DNA from: Octopus sinensis
Taxonomy: Eukaryota
Length of the DNA stretch: 64,000 nucleotides
NCBI RefSeq assembly: GCF_006345805.1
Contig: NC_043000.1
Coordinates: 123,504,001-123,568,000, forward strand
Direction: 5' to 3'
Made by a program: the position numbers and the translations under genes. The notes below the pieces were generated by a model. It ran no database searches. It was not told where the DNA came from and was given only the letters and a program-made list of their open reading frames with translations. Positions within the stretch are counted from its first letter, which is position 1. Each line of letters starts with the position of its first letter. Shown here in pieces: positions 1-44,000 of the stretch.

Positions 1-3000
1 GGCACTGGTACCACAAAGATACAAATTCCATTGATGTTCATCTATTTTGATTTGTTTTGATTTGATTTTCACTTGCCTCAACAGGTCTTCACAAGTGTCA
101 CAAGAAGGAAGTATGTACAGGTGGACTGACTACGTCCCAGGTAGGGCCCACGGGTTATGACTGACTAGTCTTGCCGGGTCTTCGGATGGTGTTTTTATGT
201 GCCACCATGTTCCCACAGCACGGAGGCCAGTCGATGCGGTACTGGCTACGGCCACGTTCGGATGGTTTTCTTGTGTGCCACAGGCACTGGTACCACAAGG
301 ATACAAATTCCATTGATGTTCATCTATTTTGATTGATTTTCACTTGCCTCAGCAGGTCTTCACAAGTGTCACAAGAAGGAAGGTATGCACAGTGGATCGA
401 CTACGTCCCAGGTAGGGGCCACAGGATATGGCCTGACTAGTCCTGCCGGGTCCTCTCATGCACGCACACTTCCATAGGACTCGGTCTTCAGTCATTTCCT
501 TGGTGAGACCTAAAGTTCGAAGGTCGTGCTTCACCACCTCGTCCCAGGTTTTCCTGGGTCTACCTCTTCCACAGGTTCCCTCAACTGCTAGGGTGTAGCA
601 CTTTTGCACACAACTATCTTCAGCCATTCTCGTCACATGACCATACCAGCGCAGCCGTCTCTCTTGCACACCACAACTGACACTTCTTAGGTTCAACTTT
701 TCTCTCAAAGTACTTACACTCTGACGATTATGAACACTGACATTACACATCCATCGGAGCATACTGGCTTCATTTCTTGCAAGCTTACGCATATCTCAGC
801 TGTCACGGCCCATGTTTCACTACCATGTAGCATGGCTGTACGTACACACGCATCATATAGTCTGCCTTTTACTCTTAGCGAGAGGCCTTTGTCACCAGCA
901 GGGGTAAGAGCTCTCTAAACTTTGCCCAGGCTATTCTTACTCTAGCAGTTACACTTTCAGCACACCCACCCCACTACTGACTTGGTCTCCTAGGTAGCGG
1001 AAGCTATCAACTACTTCTAGTTTGTCTCCCTGGAACGTGGTGTAGAAGTTGGTCTCTGCACATTTCCAGTGTTTATTTCTCCTGAGCATCTGCCACAGAC
1101 AAAAACTATTTTCTTAGTTAGCCTTCCTTTGACATTGCTGCACCTCTTATGTGTCCATAGCTTACACTTGGTGCACCTTATAGAGTTTCTACCTACACCT
1201 TTTTTACAGATCGAGCAGGGCCATCTACCTGAAGTCGTTTGTGGTTGGTCCACCTTCCTACTTATTAGGACTTTGGTTTGGCTAGGTTGATTCTAAGGCC
1301 CTTCGATTCTAATCCTTGTTTCCACACCTGAAACTTCTCCTCCAGTTCTGATAGTGACTCAGCAATTAGAGCAAGGTCATCAGCATATAGGAGCTCCCAG
1401 GGGCATCCTGTCTTAAATTCTCCGTTATTGCCTGGAGGACTATGATAAATAGGAGGGGGGAGGACTGAACTTTGGTGGACCCCAACCTCTACCCGGAATT
1501 CTTCACTGTACTCGTTACCAACCTCACCTTACTAGCTGCGTCTCTGTACATGGCTCGCACAGCTCTCACTAACCTAGTTTCCTCATTGACCACCAGATAA
1601 GGGATCGGGGGACCCTGTCAAAGGCTTTCTCTAAGTCAACAAAAGCCAGGTACAAGGGCTTACCTTTGGCTAGGTATTTCTCCTGCAGCTGTCTTACCAG
1701 GAATATAGCATCAGTAGTACTTTTCCCTGGCACGAACCCAAACTGCATATCATCTAAGCTAACTCTCTCTCTAATTAACTGGGCTATAACCCTCTCCGTA
1801 ACCTTCATTACCTGATCCAACAGCTTGATGCCCCTGTAGTTATTTGTATCTAGGGCATCGCCTTACCTTTGTAGCAGTTGACTATATGCTGCTACACCAG
1901 TCATGGGTATGACTCCTTCGTGTATCACTGGTTAACTATACGGGTGACTATGCTATAGCCGACACTACCAGATATTTGAGCATCTCTGCAGTAATTCTGA
2001 TGGGCCTGGGGCTTTCCCTGTCTTCATGCTTCTAATTGCCTTAGCTACCACGGAACTATCAACTCGGATAGCTGGTCCCTCTGTTGGGTCAACATTCGGC
2101 AGAGTCTCTTTATCCATTCATTTTCCTCATTCAGCAACCTTTCATAGTGGCGTCTCCAAGCTTCTCTCTTTGCATCCTCATTTAGCGCAAGTGAACCATC
2201 CTCCATGCGAACACATTTCTCTCCTACCACATCTCGATTCTCTCTCACACACTGTCTTGCAACACGAAATACCTCAAGTCTTTCATCTCACGGCGCAGGA
2301 CATTGGCAAATTTTCTTTTATCTGCTTCCCCTCTGGCTAGATAGACCTGTCTCCTAGCTTCCCTTCTGGCAGTCTGATACACTTCCCTGCTACCACCGTT
2401 CTTCCAGGCCTTCCAAGCCTGTTTCTTTTGTCTAATAGCCCTATCAACAATATTGTTCCACCACCATGTTATTTTGGGTCTTAAGGGGACTCTGCACCAG
2501 CCACAGATCTGGTCAGCGGCTTTCAGCAGGTTGTCCCTCAGAGAAACGTCCAGTTGTCTTCTACCCCATGTGTAGCTATACCCCCTTCCACTTCGTCAAA
2601 GGCTTCAAGTAACATATCTCTAAATCTCTGTCCATTCGCAGGGTCTTTAAGCTTCCAGACCCTTCTTCTCCATGTTGGTCGTCTTCTAGTCGCCCTCTTA
2701 GTCCTGATCCTAAAGTCACTAACTACCAGTCTATGTGTGTGGGGTGCATTCTTCGCCTGGGAAGGTTTTGGCATTTATAAGCAGCCATCTTTCCCTTTTT
2801 CTGGCGAGGATGTAGTCGATTTGGCTAGTATGCCGGCCCGATCGGTAGGTGACCAGGTGGCTTGTTGGTTTCCTGAAGTTAGTGTTGCAGATCATAAGAC
2901 TATTCGCATCGCAGAACTCCAGCAGCCTGGTTCCCTCCTCGTTGCGGGAACCATAACCGTAGCCTCCATGCACGCCATGGAAGCCCCCAGCATGTCGTCC

Positions 3001-3330
3001 AACATGCCCATTGAAATCACCAGCCACAAAGAGAAGGTCCCTGTCGTTCGTCAGTGAGGTGGTCTGCAGTAGGGTGTCATAGAAACTGTCTTTCTGTCCA
3101 TCGGGTAGCCCTGGCTGAGGGGCATAGGCCGATATAATGGTTGCTAATCTATTATGAAGCACTATTCTAATCTTAAGTATTCTGTCACTTACTCTGATTA
3201 CCTCAATTACTCTATCTATCCATTTCTCAGCGATAAGTATACCCACGCCACCAACCCCGTCAGTGTTCCCTGCCCAGAAAATCTTGTACCTGTGTTCCTT
3301 GCCTGTGAGTGTACCTGTGTTTCTTGCCTA
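1..3330 (-). mobile_element. RTE-clade non-LTR retrotransposon, 5'-truncated within the APE domain, frameshifted and internally deleted
   Basis: APE fragments (IISAYAPQ, GDFNGHVG, SQIDYIL; 2731-3246), RT (QFGFVPGKSTTDAIF...FVDLEKAFDRVPR; 1569-1820), YADDL-like motif near 1380, PHD-like finger (1017-1253), C-terminal RRLRWYGHV...RGRPRKTW (349-792); 5' end abuts a (TG)n tract. Confidence 0.93.
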
Positions 3331-3348
3331 TGTGTGTGTGTGTACACA

Positions 3349-3405
<57 letters not shown>

Positions 3406-3780
3406 CATTCTCACTCTTTCCTGTTTAATAATCATTCAGTTATCTGACCTGATTCGCACTTATTGACTCACATCCCACAGAATTGATTTTTATGTTTAGT
3501 TTGCCCTTGATCTCTCTTGACAAGCTAAAACTACTCTCATTACATTACATCATTGTCATCTCTATCAATAAACACCGTATTGATCATGAATATTAATCAA
3601 AGGTTCCATTTAAGTTTAGATGATATAAAACTATGTTCAAAACAGTAATATGATCATTGAAAAGACACCAGTAAAACTTCCTTATAGATTATATGACAAC
3701 ATCAAATATGTTGTTCCATTCATAAATTGTCTAGTTAGTTTCTTATATTTGATGTTTTTATAGTTTTAATCATAATTACT

Positions 3781-4170
3781 CTTTTACTTTACTTGTTTCA
3801 GTCATTTGACTGAAGCACCACCTTTAGTCGAGCAAATCAACCCCAGGACTTATTCTTTGTAAGCCTAGTACTTATTCTATATTGGTCTCTTTTGCCGAAC
3901 CACTAAGTTACGGGGACGTAAACACACCAGCATCGGTTGTCAAGCAATGTTGGTGGGGGACAAACACAAACACTTAAACACACACACAGACATATATATA
4001 TATATATATATATACGACAGGCTTCTTTCAGTTTCCGTCAACCAAATCCACTCAGAAGGCTCTGGTCGGCCCGAGGCTATTATAGAAGACACTTGCCCAA
4101 GGTGCACAGTGGGACTGAACCCGGAACCATGTGGTTGGTAAGCAAACTACTTACCACACAGCCACTCCTG
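3781..4170 (-). mobile_element. tRNA-derived SINE family A (internal microsatellite)
   Basis: - strand head ggagtggctgtgtggtaag (A box) ... ggttcagtccc (B box); body repeated many times in the window. Confidence 0.88.
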
Positions 4171-4837
4171 TGCTACTCATGTTTAAAGTTAAGATTGTAT
4201 TGATAGTGAGAAAAGAAAGAATAAAAGTAACTCTAATATGTTGAAACATCACGAGAAAGGGTTCTTGGAAGGGAAGGGAAGTTGGGTGGTTTGATAAAGG
4301 TAAATGGAAAAAGTTGAAAGGAATTTAATTAATAATAAATTAGGGGATGTTGTAAGTGTAATTAGGTCTTATAAGGTGCTATAAATAAGTAGAGAATTCT
4401 ATGATTGGAGTGTATTACGGTAAGTGTTGTTTATATTTTAGGTCATGTGAGGTTCAACAAAGAAGAGAAATCATGTGACTGAGTAGTGGTGTTGTTTATA
4501 ATCTGGTTTATTTTAGTATTATAAATAAGTGTAGACTGATTGTGGCTGGGTTGTGTATTTGGGCCATAGTATTGTTTATATTCTAGGTCATGTAAAGGGG
4601 CTAGAAATAAGAGGAGAACAGCGTGCTGGGGTGTAGTGTTGTTTTATATTCTAAGAGGATATGGAAATGGAGGAGGGGAGGGAAGATGAAGATGTGGAAA
4701 AGAGGAGAAGAAAAGATGTAGAAAGTGAAATGAAAGACATTTCGATCAAAAAGAGGTTTGGAAGCCAATTGAGATAAGGAGGTATACAAGGAGAAGTAAG
4801 GAATTAAAAGAAAGATAATGTTAAAAATAGAGCTTCA

Positions 4838-5345
4838 TCATTATCATCATCATCATTTAACATCCGCTTTCCATGCTAGCATTTTGACTGAGGTCTGGCG
4901 AACCAGATGACTGCACCAGGCTCCAATCTTGATCTGGCAGAGTTTCTACAGCTGGATGCCCTTCCTAATGCCAACCACTCCGTGAGTGAAGTGGGTGCTT
5001 TTTACATGCCACCGGCACAAGCGCCAGTCAGGCGGTACTGGCAACAACCTCGCATGAATCTTTTTACACATGCCACCGGCACAGGTTCCAGTGAAGCAAC
5101 GTTGGTAACGATCACGCTCGAATGGTGCCATCTTTACGTGCCATGAGTATGGAAGCCAGTTGCTGCTCTGGCAACGATCACGCTCGGATTAGCACCCTAC
5201 TAGCACATGCACAAATGCCAGTAAGGCGACGCTGGTAATAATCGTACTAAAATGGTGCCCATTTATGTGCCACTGCATGGAAGCCGGTTAGCATTATCAA
5301 CGATCACACTTGTATGGTGCTCTTTGCTCCCCGCTAGCACGGATG
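4838..5345 (-). mobile_element. RTE 3' UTR fragment with (TGA)n tail and several ~60-bp units
   Basis: Shares ggatgcccttcctaatgccaaccactcc and ggtgcttttacatgccaccggcac with the 32845-33500 element. Confidence 0.8.
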
Positions 5346-5349
5346 CCAG

Positions 5350-6060
5350 TCATCAAATTGATTTTGGTTTTGATAATTTAGAAATAAGTTATAGACTGTC
5401 AAACATACTGAGGAATAGTAAAATATATAAATTTTTGAAAGTGAAGCTTAAAATCAAAGAAGCTTTTAAGAGGCATAACAGGCTTCAGAAACATTCTATA
5501 TAGCCTTGTTAAAAATTTACTTTTTAGAATCTCTTGTGCTTTATCTAACAAGATCTTTTAAAGAACATTCTACCTGTTATAAGGAAGCATTAACATGTGG
5601 TAGCTTTGAGGAAAAAATCAAGTACATCAATCCTCTACTCCAAATGCCTACCTGCAGGAATAGAAAACATAACTTCTACTGGTATAATCCCCATCTTTAA
5701 CTAAGATGTAGGCAAAAATATTCTTCTTCCTACTCAAGAAACATTTCCCATCCCAGCATAAATGCAAATTTTCAGTAGAAGCTCTATAAAACTTACATAT
5801 CCCATGATTTCCAACCTTAAATAATTCCCAGTTTTCTCTAATATCTGTAAACTCAACAAGTCAATCATACACTCTGCACCAAATAACAACTGCAGTTGTA
5901 ACAACCCATCTTCATGCACACTCAAATGACTAAAGGCATTGTTTACCAATGTAAAGTAACCACTATCAGCTCTTCTGAGAATTACATCAACCTCTCTGCC
6001 TATCCATTCAAAACCAGATATAACCAACACACATTTTCTTTCAGACATATCTCCAGAGAA
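5350..6060 (+). mobile_element. Degenerate Penelope-like element (RT C-terminus plus GIY-YIG endonuclease relic)
   Basis: Fragmentary translation RKHNFYWYNP... and KGIVYQCKV...YI.L...FKTRYNQH..SFRH resembles the PLE thumb/GIY-YIG region; many stops. Confidence 0.6.
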
Positions 6061-6063
6061 ACT

Positions 6064-6215
6064 ATTGGGTTGGTGCATAATTATTGCGGCTTTTTTCAAT
6101 AAATTTTATTCAACAAAAAACAATAACAACATTTAACAAAACCATCTTTAAATGATTATTCCAACCGGCTACCAAGCAAATGGGAAGCAGTAATTGAAGT
6201 AGATGGTGAATATGC
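6064..6215 (+). mobile_element. Mariner-derived fragment (left TIR plus transposase C-terminal stub)
   Basis: tattgggttggtgcataattattgcggc resembles mariner TIRs; RLPSKWEAVIEVDGEYALE* matches the mariner C-terminal pattern. Confidence 0.65.
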
Positions 6216-6380
6216 TCTGGAATAATCACTATCACTACCACCATTACTACTACCACCACCATTACCATCATCACTATCACCACCATCATCTCTACCACCA
6301 CCACCACCACCACCAGTACTAACCTCTAATGTCAATCTTCTCATTGCTTTGTCTCAATTACTTCCAGGCTGTCTGAACAA

Positions 6381-38312
<31,932 letters not shown>

Positions 38313-38334
38313 ATAACCTCCTCTGGGAGACACA

Positions 38335-38340
38335 AATAAA
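38335..38340 (+). terminator. Candidate polyadenylation signal of the GGT gene
   Basis: AATAAA 22 nt after the stop codon. Confidence 0.45.
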
Positions 38341-40364
38341 ACTGTGACAGGATTCAATCTCAGACAATGGAGAAAGATTTTACCAGATGTTTCCAATGAA
38401 ATATATACTCACACACATTTATACAAGTATACGGGACCATGTACATATCTCAATGCATATGTACACACATGCATACAAGACCAAGCAAATATGTACAGAA
38501 ACACATATGCACACAGACAAATTTCTCTCAACTTTGCTTTAGTTCTTTTAAACTATACAAATTACCATGACAGGTAAAAGAATATCGTTTTATTAATTGT
38601 TATTTTCCTTTCTTTTAATATTTAATGTTTTATAAATTGTTGTTGTTATTATTGCTTATTAGTTATTATTGGTTATTTTTAAGATGGTGAGCTGGCAGGA
38701 TTGTTAGCACACCAGAAAAATCCTTTGTGGTAGTTCTAGCCTAATGCCCTGGGTTCAAATGCCACTGACATCAACTGTCTTTCAATTCTTTTGGCTCAAT
38801 GTAAGAGATTAAATCCCACCCCACAAAATTTCAGTTTTTGTGCTTAATAGTAGAAAGTTGTTAATTATTATCATTAAGGTGACAAGCTGGCAGAATCGTT
38901 AGTAAGTCAGACAAATGGCTTTTCTTCAGACTCTTTAAACTCTGAGTTCAAATCCTGCCAAGTATTTGAACTTTACCATTTATCCTTTCGGAGTCGATAA
39001 AATATGGTTCCAGTCACGTACTGGATTGGATATAGTTGACTTGCCTCTTCTTCCAAAATTAAAAAGAATTCTTAGTTTTTGTTATAGAAGGGCAGCAATT
39101 TGGTGGAATTATTAGCATTTCTTCCCATTCTTTATGTTCTGAGTTCAAATTCTTCTGGGTTCAACTTTACCGTTTGTCTTCTTAGGGGTCAATAAAATAA
39201 AGTACCAGTGAAGGTAATCAACAGGGGTCAATATAATCAATTTGCCACCTCCTCAAACTTGTTGGCCTGTACCAAAATTCAAAAGAATTATTACTTCTTA
39301 TTAAAATAGGGCAGAATCATTAGCATGACAAACGAAAACACTGTCATATCAAATTATGTTCAGAGTTCAAATCCTATTGGGATTTACTTTGCATTTTTCC
39401 CCCTACACGGTCCATAAACTAAGTACCAATCTAGTACTAGGGATAATTAAATCAACTATATACTCTTTCCTCTAGTGTTAAGGTCTTGTGCAAAGCACCA
39501 GACAAAATGATTCTAAAGAATCTGAATTCAGATTCCACCAAAATCAACTTTGCTCTCTGGGCAGTCAATTAGATCAGTTCATTCAAGTAATGGCATCAAT
39601 ATAATTGCTTGCTTTCTTCATCCAAAATGTATGGCCTGGAGCCTAAATGAAAAATTATCAACATATCTTAATGTGAATTGTTTCTATGTCTACTTTTATT
39701 CAGACACTGCTATATATTATATTATATTATTATTCCCCATCTCACTGGGAACTTGTGTATAAATTTATTTTGAAATATAAAACAGCAATGTTTTTAAATG
39801 CAATTTTGAATATTTTCGTATACTTATCACCAAAAAATGTGGTCATTTTTGTCATACAATTTAATTATCTCATCTCTTTCTCTGGAGAGTATGAGAAATA
39901 AGAGAATCAGATACTGTATAAGAAAACGATTAACATGAAGAGAGTGAGGTAGACAGACAGATGGTGAGAGAAGGAAAGAAATTTGTTGATAATGAGAGAG
40001 ATTCAGATAAAAAACATGGAGAGTGATAGCAAAAAAATGTAAACAAATTGATGCTATGTCTTTTCTTTTACTTATTTCAGCCATTGGACTGTAGCCATGC
40101 TGGAGCACCACCTTCTAGGGTTTATCCTTCCACCCCAATTGATTCACAAGTCCTGAAATGGTTCTATGACATTCTTTTGCCAAACTGCTAAGTTATGGGG
40201 TTTTAAACAAACCAACACCAGTTGTCCAGTGGTGGTGGGCAAACACACATATAATGGATTTCTCGATAGTTTCCATCTACCAAATTCACTTGGTTTGTTA
40301 CTATGGAAACAGGCATGAATATGTCTATGGCTTACGATTGGTTAAAATTACTCAAAATTTTCAA

Positions 40365-40754
40365 ACTTACTCGTTTCAGTTATTTGACTGCGGCCATGCT
40401 GGAACACCACCTTTAGTCAAGCAAATCGGCCCCAGGACTTATTCTTTGGAAGCCTAGTAATTATTCTATCGGTCTCTCTTGCCAAACTGCTAAGTTACGG
40501 GGACGTAAACACACCAACATCGGTTGTCAAGCGATGTTGGGGGGACAAACACAGACACCCAAACATACACACAACACATACATAAATACATATATACGAT
40601 GGACTTCTTTCAGTTTCCGTTTACCAAATCTACTCGCAAGGCTTTGGTCGGCCCGAGGCTATAGTAGAAGACACTTGACCAAGGTGTCACGCAGTGGGAC
40701 TGAACCCGGAACCATGTGGTTGTAAGCAAGCTACTTACCACACAGCCACTCCTG
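40365..40754 (-). mobile_element. SINE family A between the two genes
   Basis: Same family. Confidence 0.86.
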
Positions 40755-40991
40755 CTATTAACTTTTATAGATTTATGGCGAAAATTAATTTCAAGGCATT
40801 GATTACCATATTAGCCCAACAGAAAAGATCCATGTCTTCCACAAGGCCGTAGACAGAAACCGAAAGAAGCCTGTCGTGCATCTGTGTGGAAAGAAAACTC
40901 AAACATTTTGATGACAGAAAGACAACTTTTATTATCAAATTGTTTGAATTATGATTCACTTGATTACCAAAGCAAGAAGTGATTAGAATAA

Positions 40992-41060
40992 TCAATGGTT
41001 AAACCAATCAAGTCCCAGGGTCTTCAGAATAAAACAGTACATATCTGTTTGTTCTTGAAT
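40992..41060 (-). CDS. PREP: PREP terminal exon ([22 protein letters not shown])
   Basis: ttcag| acceptor; TGA stop; AATAAA on the - strand at 40928-40933. Confidence 0.93.
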   Translation of the reverse strand: MQEQTDMYCFILKTLGLDWFNH

Positions 41061-44000
41061 CTGAAAAATTAAGAAAACAAAAATGTAGCTAAATGGCTGG
41101 CTTCAAACTGGACATTGAACTCACTTCAATTCAATATACAAATATAACAAAGTTTACATATTCCACTTATATTTTCAAATTTACTAGGTTAAACAAGATG
41201 CTAGAGCAACTGAGTAAATTAATAAGCAACCAAGTAGCTGATAGTCTGTTTTTCTTTTTAAGTTGGTATTGCTGATCATCAAGCCATTTGCATCATAGAA
41301 CTCCAAATATGCAGGGCCAAAGAATAGAAAGGGTCAACAGTTCCTATCCCATCATGAGTGTTACATTGTGTGCATGACAAACGTTCCACTCCAAAAGACT
41401 AAGTTCATTTTGTTGCAATGAGCTATTGTGCGTACATGCTTCATTATTTTAATTGAAAGTTGAAGTATCGTGTTACTTTTAAGATTTTAAATGTTAAAAA
41501 TACTGATGAGCCTCTGTATTTTACTAGCAGTGTGTGTGTGTGGGGGGGGGGTTTAATACCAGTACGTTATGCTATGAATTCAGCCCCGATACGAACATCA
41601 ACAAAAAGTACACAACACTTATTTCTTCCATCATGTGATAAAATTGCAGTGTTTTTACTATCCCTCCTAATTTCTTGTGTAATCTGCTTGGGATCAATAC
41701 AATAGCATTTTCATGCAGATTTACAAGCATTATTATTTTGTAAATATCTACATATTTAAGTATAGACTAGTCTTGGGAAACAAAGGTAACATTTATCTCT
41801 ATATATACTCCTCAAATGGGACTGACAGATGAACAAAAGAACTAATTTTTTGAAGCCCTTTTGCAGATTAAACCAAGGACAAATGGCAATGACCTCTTAG
41901 AGGCTGGGGAACAACGTAATGAATTCATGAAAGCTGTGGCTCTGGCCCAAAAATAATGAGGAAAAAACAAGAGATCTTGGGGTTTTGTGATGCAAATGAT
42001 ATGATGATCAACAACTTATAAAAAAAAAGCAAAACTACCAGTCCCCTGATCAGCTATCAATCTAGTGGACATACAAGCCAAATCGACGATATTTTCACTA
42101 AAAACAAGACCAATACTTTTGAATACAAAGTCCCTTCTTATGTTGTATAATCACAGATTGTAAACTCAGAATAGAATGGTCCCTCTTCAACCACTTAGAA
42201 GATATCAACTTCAGCAATGACACTGCCCCTCTCTCCCAGCATAACACTGATATGGAGAAGAAAGTCACAGCAATAGTTGGCCACATAGATCAACATTAAG
42301 AAGGCAAAAAGCATGAGGGTGCACACAACCAATGGTGTCAGCATCAGTTTAGAGAAGAGGAAACTGAAGATGTCAGTCATTTGACACAGATAGGAAATAA
42401 TAAAGAAGGAGCAGAACAGACAACCGCTTGGCATCACTCATAGAATAGCAACAGAAAATAACTTACAATCATGGCAGTTGGTTTCCCTCTTCCGTGTCCA
42501 GCTTTGGTGTCTATTTTGATAAGTAATGGATTTGACTGCAAAACACAAAGTATTTTAAATCATAACAAAGTTGCTGATATTTGCCTGCTTCACAAATACC
42601 ACTTTTAGTTTCCTTTTGAGTATATATCAAATTAGCCGATAAGATACAATCCAAGAATTGGAGTAAATGTTTAAATTTGGGAAGAGGAGATAAAGTGGAA
42701 GATGAGTAATAGAAGGGAAATAAGACGATGTGTAATTAATGTAGAAAAATAATATGCGAGAGAGAGATGTGGGGGGAAAAAAAGAGAAACAAGCAAATGG
42801 ATGGATGAATAGGAGGAGAAACGGGACAGACAGGTAAAAATGGTTAAATGAAATTCTTACCTGTTTCTTTATTCCTGCCATTGTATGCTGGAGTTCAGCA
42901 ATAAACTTAAGGGAATGAAGTGGTACAACACGGTCATCATGATCAGCTGTCAACAGGAGGGTTGAGGGATACTGAATATCATCTTTAGGGACCCTAATAT
43001 TATGGAGTGGTGAGTACCTGAACAATTAAAATACAACACAACATTTAACAAATTAATAAATGTGACAATTTAATTGACAGATGATATAATTTAAAATGAT
43101 TCTTAATTTTCTTATCAGGTGATAAGGACAAGTTATATATTACTGGTATTTATTATAATAAACTCAAACTCAGAAAGACAATGTTGTCTCCAGGTCACAT
43201 TGAACTCAAAACAATGAAATTGGAAGTATCTAACAAAAGATTAAAAAAATTAATGCAATCGTTAAAATTGTTAGTAAACTAGTAAAGATACAAGAAATAT
43301 CAGGTTTTTTTTTTTTAAATATTGATACCCTTAGACAGGCTAGGTGATAACTTGTTGGGTTGCTCTTAAAAACTTATCCTACACACTGTTTCATTTAACA
43401 TTTGTTGTTTTTGTTCCTTCTCTTCATTTGGGTTGAGTATTTACAGCTGTATGCACCTCCTAAATATGCAAATGAACTTTATATTCATTCAGAAATTAAC
43501 ACCATTCCAGTGTGTTGTACCTATAAGGTTATTTTATATAACTAAACTGGCAACCCCACCAAGCTTGCTTAGTGAGGAAGGTGTTTATTGGACACCCTAC
43601 GGGATGAAAAACAAAACCCGTCAAAGGGCGGAGGAACTCTTGAGAGTAAACGGCCATTCAATAAATGTCTTAAGGCTGTATCATGCCCAATCGCGTAGTT
43701 AAACCATTGGGAGTGAAAGACTCCTAGCCTTTGTTAGGGCATCCTTCTAGGAGAAGGTAACTCAGATCACTGGGATAACTCCAACATAAAGCCTGAGGCT
43801 CAGTGGTTACCGATGATGTTGACTTTTCAGATTATGGCTGCTGTTCCTTAGTGAGTGGGATTGACTCAGTGCACAGCCTTTCCTCACTTTAAAAAAAAAT
43901 CTTCTCGCACAGGCATTGCACGATAACATTGATTAAGCTTCGTGCAATGGCCATACTCGATAACGAGGGGGCAGCCACCATATATATATTATATATAATG

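Noticed and set aside
41790-42440. Coding-like fragments in the last PREP introns ([11 protein letters not shown] etc.)
   Set aside because: Heavily decayed LINE endonuclease/RT remnants with many stops; not PREP exons, whose frame is complete without them.
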